DNA of 64,000 bases from Opitutaceae bacterium (GTDB lineage: Bacteria; Verrucomicrobiota; Verrucomicrobiia; Opitutales; Opitutaceae), in NCBI GenBank assembly GCA_016795565.1, contig JAEUGW010000017.1, positions 12,433 through 76,432 of the forward strand, in the 5' to 3' direction. The notes beneath the pieces were generated by a model. The model saw only the letters and a list, made by a program, of their open reading frames with translations. It had not been told where the DNA came from and ran no database searches. This document shows positions 57,550 to 64,000 of this stretch, piece after piece. The stretch's first letter is position 1. Every line of letters begins with the position of its first letter. The position numbers and the translations under genes are program-made.

Positions 57550-59442
57550 TTACAACTGGATCGGCAGGCCGACCTCGATGATTTGCATGGGCGGCAGGCG
57601 ATAGTAGTCGCGCACCGGCCGGGCATTGCGGCTCAGCAGCGAATACAGGCGCTTTTGCCAGTGCCACATCCGGGTGTCGCCGCCGGTGATGATCATCTCG
57701 CGGTTGAAATAGTAGGTGGCCTCATTGAGCTTCACCGGCACGCCGGCCGCGCGCACCTGCTCCATCAAATGCTCGACGTCGGGCGACTCCATGTAGCCGT
57801 AGCGGGCGATGACCCGCCAGACGCCGTTGCCGGAGCCGATCTCCCGGACCTCCAGGCGCTCCGCTCCCGGCACCGAGGGCACCTCCGCCGTGACCACGCT
57901 CAGCAGCACGACGGTGTCATGCAGCACCTTGTTGGCTTTCACATGATGGAGCAGCACGAGGGGTGTGCCCGTCGCATTGCCCGCCATGAACACGGCGGTG
58001 CCGCGCACCCGGGCGATGCGGCCGGAGCTGGCGACGTTGCACAGCTCGTCCTCGGTCACCTCGTTGGCGTAGATGCGGCGGAAAATCTCGTCCTTGCCCT
58101 TTTTCCACGTGTGCATGACGGCGATGATGCCGGCCGCGATGAAGATCGGGAACCAGCCGCCGTCGGCGAACTTGTGGACATTGGAGGCGAAGAGCGGCAC
58201 GTCCACGAGCAGGAACAAGCCGCAGAGGAGGCCGGCCGCCCACATCGGCCAGCGCCAGTGGCTGCGCAGCACGGCATAGAACGCCACCGATGTGACGACC
58301 ATCGTGCCCGTGACGGCGATGCCGTAGGCGGCGGCGAGCCGCTCGCTGGAGCCGAAGGCGAGCACGACATAGATTGACCCGGCCGCCAGCAAGCCGTTGA
58401 CCAGCGGCAGGTAGATCTGTCCGGACTGGTCGGGATTGGTGTAGGTGATCTTGAGGCGCGGAAAGAAACCGAGCTGGATGGCCTGCCGGGTGATGGAAAA
58501 CGTGCCCGTAATCATGGCCTGGCTGGCGATGATGGCGGCCAAGATGGAAAGCACGGTCAGCGCCAGCCGGGGCAAGCCCTCGGGCACCATGGCGAAAAAG
58601 GTGTGGCCCGTGTCGTCGGGATTGGCCAGCACCCGCGCACCTTGACCGAAATAATTCAGGATGAGGGCGGGATACGCGCAGCAATACCAAGCGCGCGCAA
58701 TGGCGCTGCGGCCGAAGTGGCCCATGTCGGCGTAAAGTGCCTCGGCGCCCGTGATGGCCAGCACGACCGAACCCAGCAGGGCGGCGGCCTGGCTGGGATG
58801 CTCGGTCAGCAGTCGCAGCCCCAGCAGCGGATTGAGCGCCTCGACCACCTGCGGGGCGGCGACGATGTGCCACGCGCCGAGCGCCCCAATGGTGAAGAAC
58901 CAAAAGAGCATCGTCGGGCCGAAAATGCGCCCGATGCTTTTGGTGCCCTTGTATTGCACGGCGAAGAGCCCGGCGAGAATGACGACGGATATAAACGGCA
59001 CCTTGCTGGCAAAGCGGGGATCAAAGGTGTTCAGGCCTTCCACCGCGCTCAGCACGGAGACGGCCGGGGTGATGATGCCATCGCCATACAGCAGTGCCGC
59101 GCCGAGCAGAATCACCAGCGTGAGGATGCCGATGCCTCCGGGCGTCTTGGCCCGCTCGCCGTGACTCAGGGAGAGCAGGGCGAAAATCCCGCCCTCGCCG
59201 CGATTGTCCGCACGGGTGACGAAGCACAGATACTTGCCGACCACCACGAGCGTCATGGCCCAGAAGACCAGCGACAGGGCCCCCAGGACACCGGCGGCGC
59301 GCTCCACCGGCGGCAGATAATTCAGGCACTCGCGCAAGGCATAGAGCGGGCTGGTGCCGATGTCGCCAAATACCACGCCCAGCGCCCCCATGGTCAGGCC
59401 GGCCTTGGCTGCGGCACTTGCGGTTGGTGCATGAGAGCTCAT
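57550..59442 (-). CDS. kup: KUP/HAK/KT-family potassium transporter
   Basis: Motifs GVVFGDIGTSPLYAL and GGWFPI, with about 12 TM segments plus a cytoplasmic C-terminal domain. The start is set at MSSHAPT. Confidence 0.93.
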   Translation of the reverse strand: MSSHAPTASAAAKAGLTMGALGVVFGDIGTSPLYALRECLNYLPPVERAAGVLGALSLVFWAMTLVVVGKYLCFVTRADNRGEGGIFALLSLSHGERAKTPGGIGILTLVILLGAALLYGDGIITPAVSVLSAVEGLNTFDPRFASKVPFISVVILAGLFAVQYKGTKSIGRIFGPTMLFWFFTIGALGAWHIVAAPQVVEALNPLLGLRLLTEHPSQAAALLGSVVLAITGAEALYADMGHFGRSAIARAWYCCAYPALILNYFGQGARVLANPDDTGHTFFAMVPEGLPRLALTVLSILAAIIASQAMITGTFSITRQAIQLGFFPRLKITYTNPDQSGQIYLPLVNGLLAAGSIYVVLAFGSSERLAAAYGIAVTGTMVVTSVAFYAVLRSHWRWPMWAAGLLCGLFLLVDVPLFASNVHKFADGGWFPIFIAAGIIAVMHTWKKGKDEIFRRIYANEVTEDELCNVASSGRIARVRGTAVFMAGNATGTPLVLLHHVKANKVLHDTVVLLSVVTAEVPSVPGAERLEVREIGSGNGVWRVIARYGYMESPDVEHLMEQVRAAGVPVKLNEATYYFNREMIITGGDTRMWHWQKRLYSLLSRNARPVRDYYRLPPMQIIEVGLPIQL

Positions 59443-59585
59443 GGAAAAGCGGCCATTGTCTGGCCAGAGTCTCATACTCCAAGCTGATTTGAGATGTCGG
59501 CCTAAAGTAGCTTGACCGGTTTTGGTAAAAACGAGCCGTTTGCGAAAACGGTTGCGGCTCAAGCCTGTTAGCACAGCTTGGTGGC

Positions 59586-60419
59586 ATGTCCACCGCCTGG
59601 AAAACCGCCAAGAAATACGACGATATCCACTACCACAAGGCCGCCGGCATGGCCCGGATCACGATCAACCGGCCGGACAAGCGCAACGCCTTCCGCCCGC
59701 AGACAGTCGCCGAGATGCGCGACGCGCTGATGGATGCCCAGGAGGACCAGTCCGTCGGAGTGGTTTTCCTGACCGGGGCCGGCCCGGCCAAGGATGGCAA
59801 ATACGCCTTTTGTGCGGGCGGCGACCAGTCGGTGCGCGGCCATGGTGGCTACATCGACGGCCAGGGCGTGCCGCGCCTCAACGTGCTCGAGGTGCAGAAA
59901 CTCATCCGCTCGATGCCCAAGGTCGTCATCGCGCTGGTGGCCGGCTACGCCATCGGCGGCGGCCACGTGCTGCACGTCATGTGTGACCTCACCATCGCGG
60001 CCGACAATGCGATCTTCGGGCAGGTCGGGCCCAAGATGGGCAGTTTCGACGGCGGCTTCGGGTCGAGTTATCTCGCCCGCATGGTCGGCCAGAAGAAGGC
60101 GCGCGAGATCTGGTTCCTCTGCCGCCAATACAGCGCCCATGAAGCGCTCGACATGGGCCTCGTGAACAAGGTCGTGCCCGTGGCGCAGCTCGAGGAGGAG
60201 GGGGTGGCCTGGGCCAAGGAGATTCTCCAACGCAGCCCGCTCGCCATCCGCTGCCTCAAGGCGGCGTTCAACGCCGAACTCGACGGCCAGAGCGGCATCC
60301 AGGAACTCGCCGGCAACGCGACCATGCTCTATTACATGACCGAGGAGGCGAAGGAGTTCATGACCGCCCAGAAGGAAAAGCGGAAGCCGAAGGCGGAGAA
60401 ATTCCCCTGGCTGCCGTGA
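59586..60419 (+). CDS. menB: 1,4-dihydroxy-2-naphthoyl-CoA synthase
   Basis: Crotonase fold with [34 protein letters not shown] and the C-terminal ...FPWLP. Confidence 0.93.
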   Translation: MSTAWKTAKKYDDIHYHKAAGMARITINRPDKRNAFRPQTVAEMRDALMDAQEDQSVGVVFLTGAGPAKDGKYAFCAGGDQSVRGHGGYIDGQGVPRLNVLEVQKLIRSMPKVVIALVAGYAIGGGHVLHVMCDLTIAADNAIFGQVGPKMGSFDGGFGSSYLARMVGQKKAREIWFLCRQYSAHEALDMGLVNKVVPVAQLEEEGVAWAKEILQRSPLAIRCLKAAFNAELDGQSGIQELAGNATMLYYMTEEAKEFMTAQKEKRKPKAEKFPWLP

Positions 60420-60431
60420 GCACCGGCTGAG

Positions 60432-60863
60432 TCAGCCGCTCTTTCCGCCGTTCTCCGCCGCCCAGACCACGAGCCAGCCGCTTTCGTTGTCCACGTAGGC
60501 GATGGTCGGCGTGGCGTTCTCATCGGCGGCCGGAGCGGGGCGGGTGACGAAGAACGCGACAGCCAGCGCGGCCGCGGCTGTCAGCGGGGCGCCGAACCAG
60601 ATGACGGGGGCGAGCGGACTCTTTCTCGGCTTGGCGGGCTGGTGGAGCTGGGCGCGGACGGTGCGCCATTCCTTGTCTGCGTCGGGCACCGCGACGTTGG
60701 CCGCATCCGTCTTCAGGAAGGTGACCGCCTCGCCGTAGATGGCGCGCTCCCGCCGGCAGGCGGGGCAGGCCGCGACATGCTTCGCGAGGTCGGCGTGCTG
60801 CTCGGGAGTCAGCACGCCGTCTCGTTCGGCCAGGAGCAGGGGCTCGATGTCGCGGCAGTTCAT
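60432..60863 (-). CDS. Anti-sigma factor (zf-HC2 type), single-pass membrane protein
   Basis: The N-terminal H-x3-C-x2-C motif is HVAACPACR. A single TM (VIWFGAPLTAAAALAVAFFV) is followed by a short extracytoplasmic tail. Confidence 0.75.
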   Translation of the reverse strand: MNCRDIEPLLLAERDGVLTPEQHADLAKHVAACPACRRERAIYGEAVTFLKTDAANVAVPDADKEWRTVRAQLHQPAKPRKSPLAPVIWFGAPLTAAAALAVAFFVTRPAPAADENATPTIAYVDNESGWLVVWAAENGGKSG

Positions 60864-60886
60864 GGGATGGAAAAATACGGACCGAA

Positions 60887-61107
60887 ACCGCTAATCTTCG
60901 CTAATGGGCGCTATTAAGATTCGCGTAATAGACTTACGCTCGTGTTTCCGAAGGTAGGGCGGGGCGGCCCGCCCCGCCGCGAATAGGATATCGCGCTCCC
61001 GGCGCACCGGGCCGGTGCGCTACCCCTGTCAGTCAGATAGGCGAGGCTCAATAATTCGGAAGAAAGTCCGCGGCTTGGATTAGCGTTCATTAGCGTCAAT
61101 TAGCGGT
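60887..61107. mobile_element. MITE-like element (221 bp) with about 39-bp imperfect terminal inverted repeats
   Basis: The left arm is ACCGCTAATCTTCGCTAATGGGCGCTATTAAGATTCGCG (60887-60925). It matches the reverse complement of 61069-61107, ACCGCTAATTGACGCTAATGAACGCTAATCCAAGCCGCG. The core holds the GC palindromes GGGCGGGGCGGCCCGCCCCGCC and GCGCACCGGGCCGGTGCGC. There is no ORF. Confidence 0.65.
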
Positions 61108-61119
61108 TGTTGGGTTGTT

Positions 61120-61545
61120 TCAGCGGCCCCGGCCGTAATCCCGGCGGTGATCGTGCCGGTCATAACGGTCGCTGCGATCGTAGGAGACCCAGACGCGGTC
61201 GGTGCGGAAGGTGTAGTGGCCGCTGATGTAGCGCTTGTGGGAGTGCCCGTGGTGGCTGCGCTCAACCACCCAGCAGCCGGGCACCCAGACCCTCACGCTG
61301 ACATCCTTCCAGTAGCCGTCGTCGCCGCAGTCGTCACGATCGCGGCGGCCATTGACAATGACGGTGGTGCTGCGGTGCGGGTAGTCGGACGAGTGACGGC
61401 TTTCGTGGATGGCAGAGCCAATGATCAGCCCGCCGATTAGGCCGCCCACGATGGCCAGCTCCTTGTCACCGGCCTTGGCAGGCTTCGGCGCGAGGGAGAG
61501 GGCGGTGGTGGCGATGAGAGCGAGAGCGGTGATTTTGTTTTTCAT
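61120..61545 (-). CDS. Secreted/periplasmic hypothetical protein with a glycine zipper and a His/Arg/Asp-rich tail
   Basis: Signal peptide MKNKITALALIATTALSLAPKPAKA and the glycine zipper GGLIGGLIIG. The C-terminus is rich in H, R and D (HHGHSHKR...DRYDRHDHRRDYGRGR). Confidence 0.55.
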   Translation of the reverse strand: MKNKITALALIATTALSLAPKPAKAGDKELAIVGGLIGGLIIGSAIHESRHSSDYPHRSTTVIVNGRRDRDDCGDDGYWKDVSVRVWVPGCWVVERSHHGHSHKRYISGHYTFRTDRVWVSYDRSDRYDRHDHRRDYGRGR

Positions 61546-61641
61546 GTGTCCTCCAAGGTTGCGGTTCACTCCTTGGGACGCGGCTCGCCGCGCATTTATT
61601 CATTTTTCCCGGACAATCGGGCAAACGGCTGTTGGGCAATG

Positions 61642-62055
61642 CTATCGGGCAATAAGCAACACGGCCCGCACTTCGCCTCCACGGCTGGGACCCACGAGCA
61701 ACGTGGTGCCGCCGCCGCGTTGCACGACGATGTCCTGCCGCGCCGAGCCCCAGCGGGCCCTGAGCACGACGGTCTTGCCGTCGGCGCTTTCGGTGGAGAG
61801 TTGCACGCCAAAGGAAAGCCCGCCGCTGGCGGGCACGGCCAGCGAGGTCGAATCCTCGTCAACCAACTGGAAGCTTTCGGCACGCAGGATGCGCTTGAGG
61901 TTGGCGAGGTAGGGCGCGAGACGGGTGTCGGACTCGCCGGGCTCGTTGGAACCGGCGACGAGCAGGCCGCGCACGGAGACGGCATCGGCGGCGCGGGCGA
62001 GGGTGGCCAGGCCGGCGAGGCTGGCGAGCAGGAGGATGAGTCGGATGGTCTTCAT
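61642..62055 (-). CDS. Secreted hypothetical protein
   Basis: Signal peptide MKTIRLILLLASLAGLATLARA. Its start overlaps the ECF sigma stop by 4 nt. Confidence 0.55.
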   Translation of the reverse strand: MKTIRLILLLASLAGLATLARAADAVSVRGLLVAGSNEPGESDTRLAPYLANLKRILRAESFQLVDEDSTSLAVPASGGLSFGVQLSTESADGKTVVLRARWGSARQDIVVQRGGGTTLLVGPSRGGEVRAVLLIAR

Positions 62056-62639
62056 GGTTTGGCTCCTAGTTTTTGCGCCAGCAGGCGGCGGGCGTGATAA
62101 AGGCGGGACATGACGGTGCCGGTGGGAATGTCGGACGCGGCGGCGATCTCCTCGTAAGAAAGCCCCTCGACCTCGCGCAAGGCAAGCACGGCGCGCAGCT
62201 TCGGCGGCAGGGCCGCGATGGCGGCTTGGAGTTGCGCCTTTCGCTCGCCGCCCTCGGCCAACTGGCCGGCGTCCTCGGTGGTGACGGGCTCGGGCGAGGA
62301 TTCGACCGCAGCGTCGTTCGTGTCGAAGGGCAGGAAGCGGTCGAACCAGCGGCGGCGCTTGCGCAGGTGGTCGAGCGCGCGCCGGGTGGCGATGGGATGC
62401 AGCCAGGTGGTGAACCGGGCGTCGCCGCGAAATTTCGGCAGTTCGCGCCAGACGGTGAGCCAGATATCCTGGCAGACATCCCGGGCATCCGCCTCGTGCC
62501 GGACGATGGCATAGACGAGCCGGAAGGTGCGCTCGTAGTGGCTACGCATGATGACGCCAAAGGCGGCCTCGTCGCCGGACTGTGCTCGCCGCAGCAAGTC
62601 GGCATCTGGCTCGGGGTGGGGCGGCTGGGTGTTGGGCAC
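62052..62639 (-). CDS. ECF-type RNA polymerase sigma-70 family factor
   Basis: Region 2 contains FGVIMRSHYERTFRLVYAIVRHEADARDVCQDIWLTVW. Region 4 contains LREVEGLSYEEIAAASDIPTGTVMSRLYHAR. Confidence 0.9.
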   Translation of the reverse strand: MPNTQPPHPEPDADLLRRAQSGDEAAFGVIMRSHYERTFRLVYAIVRHEADARDVCQDIWLTVWRELPKFRGDARFTTWLHPIATRRALDHLRKRRRWFDRFLPFDTNDAAVESSPEPVTTEDAGQLAEGGERKAQLQAAIAALPPKLRAVLALREVEGLSYEEIAAASDIPTGTVMSRLYHARRLLAQKLGAKP

Positions 62640-62663
62640 AGGGGCGAACAGACAAGTGACTGG

Positions 62664-63839
62664 TCAGGCCGGTTCCGTATCGGACCGGATGATGCTCGCC
62701 TCGAACGGCAGGTCCACATGCACGAGGCTGCGGTTCAGGGCGGCCGGGTCGGGTGGACGCTGGCAGAATCCGTAGGCTTCGCCGAGGGCGATGTGACTGG
62801 TGGCGTTCTCGTCGAGCAGCGGGTGGTAGAAGAGTCGGTTTGCCCGGCCAAGCGGGGTCTGCTCCGGGACGATGGCCACCTCGCCCAGGCGGACGGAGCC
62901 CTCGTCGGTGTCGAGCAAACGCTCCAGCAGGTCGGCGCCGGTCCGGGCGGACGCGGCCACGACGGCGCCGCGCTTGAACTCGAGTTTGATACCCTCAATG
63001 AGCGCGCCGCTGTAGCTGATGGGCCGGGAAACGCGCACGTGGCCCTCGGCCGAGTCGCGGTGTGGTGCCGTGAATATCTCCTCCGTGGGCAGATTGGCCA
63101 CGAAGGGCAGGCCGGACTTGGTGGCAAGCTGCGCGGTGCACCAGACATGCCCCGGCGGCAGCGCGACGGTCAGGTCGGTGCCTTCGCCCTTGTAGCGCAG
63201 GGTGCGGAGGCGCTGTTGGTTCAGGCTGGCGCATTCCCGCCGCAGCAGGCGCAAGTGGAGCTCCCAAGCCGCGACCGGGGAAGGTTCGTTGACCCGGGTG
63301 GCGGTGAACACGTCCTGCCAGAGCGCGGCGAGACGCTGGTCCGAGGGCAAATCGGGATAGGCGGCGTGGGCCCAGGCGGGACTCGGGGCCGGCGCGACAG
63401 ACCAGTTGGTGGCACCCTGCACGAGCTGTTGCGCCACCGGGCCGAAATTCTCCCAGCCGATGCGGCGCAGCGCGGCGACGCGTTCGGGCGGCAGGCCGTC
63501 GAGCAGCCGGGGCTGGCTGCCTTGGAGGAAGAGCAGGGCGTCGCCGCGGCGGATGCCCTCGGCGAGCCGCTTCGCATTGCCGGCGGCGAGCTGGTTGAAG
63601 CCGCGCCAGTCGGCTTTCTCCGCGAACTCTCGGAGCCGCGGGCCGTCGCCCCAGATGACCTCGGCGTCGGTGGCGGCCGCCTTGATAATGGATTCGACGA
63701 TCACCTCGGCGCTGCGCGCCACGCCTTGCAGTTCGTAGGGCTCGGCAATGAGCAGGCGCTGGCCGGGCTGCAGGTTCAGACCGACCCGAACGATGACCTC
63801 GGCAAAGGCGTGGAGGCGCGGCTCAAAGTCAGCTATCAT
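62664..63839 (-). CDS. Aminopeptidase, M29 (AmpS/PepS-like) family
   Basis: 391 aa. It has the LAEVIVRVGLNLQPGQ-type N-terminus, PTEEIFTAP, G.V....P......I.G..L.F..G and HIALGEAY. Confidence 0.75.
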   Translation of the reverse strand: MIADFEPRLHAFAEVIVRVGLNLQPGQRLLIAEPYELQGVARSAEVIVESIIKAAATDAEVIWGDGPRLREFAEKADWRGFNQLAAGNAKRLAEGIRRGDALLFLQGSQPRLLDGLPPERVAALRRIGWENFGPVAQQLVQGATNWSVAPAPSPAWAHAAYPDLPSDQRLAALWQDVFTATRVNEPSPVAAWELHLRLLRRECASLNQQRLRTLRYKGEGTDLTVALPPGHVWCTAQLATKSGLPFVANLPTEEIFTAPHRDSAEGHVRVSRPISYSGALIEGIKLEFKRGAVVAASARTGADLLERLLDTDEGSVRLGEVAIVPEQTPLGRANRLFYHPLLDENATSHIALGEAYGFCQRPPDPAALNRSLVHVDLPFEASIIRSDTEPA

Positions 63840-63842
63840 AAC

Positions 63843-64000
63843 CGTTTCGTGTCATTCCGAGACCCAGAAGCAAGCCGGCGGCTGGCGTGGCATTTGCGCT
63901 GAACAGACCAAGGCATTGTCATGCTGAGCGTAGCGATGCATCCATCGAGATGGCCGCCGACGGTTGTGCCGATGGATGAGGATGTCGCTTCGCTCGGCAC
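63843..64000. repeat. Second copy of the about 160-bp composite repeat (truncated by the window end)
   Basis: It aligns with 43326..43485. The internal family B palindrome begins GTCATGCTGAGCGTAGCGATGCATCCATC (63918-63946). The partner arm starts at 63971 and runs off the window. Confidence 0.8.

Noticed and set aside
62073-63902. 609-aa ORF on the plus strand
   Set aside because: It is antisense to the ECF sigma and the M29 aminopeptidase, crossing their intergenic gap, so it is a shadow ORF.

Overview
High-GC, gene-dense 64-kb chromosomal segment with about 60 protein genes. I found no rRNA, tRNA or CRISPR array. The host is Gram-negative (LptD, a TonB-like protein, several outer-membrane (OM) beta-barrels) and makes menaquinone. 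Several palindromic REP/MITE-like families, mostly absent Shine-Dalgarno sequences and a prepilin-type cassette with a giant PilX-like protein make me guess Verrucomicrobiota, Opitutaceae-like. That is inference only.

Most of the window is housekeeping: pgpA, aroQ, rpmJ, rpmE2, gdhA, uvrB, trxA, scpA, lptD, glgB, ispH, alaS, ribD, rdgB, metG, menF, menD, menB, menA and kup.

Accessory or unusual content:
- An intact IS630-family element with a TA target duplication, inserted in a nested-palindrome intergenic region.
- A lower-GC GxxExxY (PD-(D/E)XK-like) gene bracketed by 20-bp inverted repeats.
- At least four REP/hairpin families and a 221-bp MITE-like element that splits an ECF sigma / anti-sigma locus.

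Best candidates for an undescribed system, in my order:
1. An orphan ParA/MinD-type ATPase operon (32592..36595). Its partners are an adaptor-like protein with a MinD-like C-terminal amphipathic tail, a Pro-rich coiled-coil protein and an OM barrel.
2. A three-gene prepilin/PilX-like cassette (44123..49532) ending in a 1246-aa protein with three internal repeats. It sits directly downstream of a NarL-type two-component system, with no pilus machinery nearby.
3. A multistep phosphorelay operon (26230..30670) ending in a kinase-less HisKA (DHp)-REC-adenylate cyclase fusion. A cNMP-binding histidine kinase lies elsewhere in the window.
4. A two-TM coiled-coil membrane protein with a beta-rich C-terminal domain (9928..11337).

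All functional calls come from reading motifs by eye. No database search was run. Many long ORFs in the supplied track are antisense shadows typical of high-GC DNA and were rejected.
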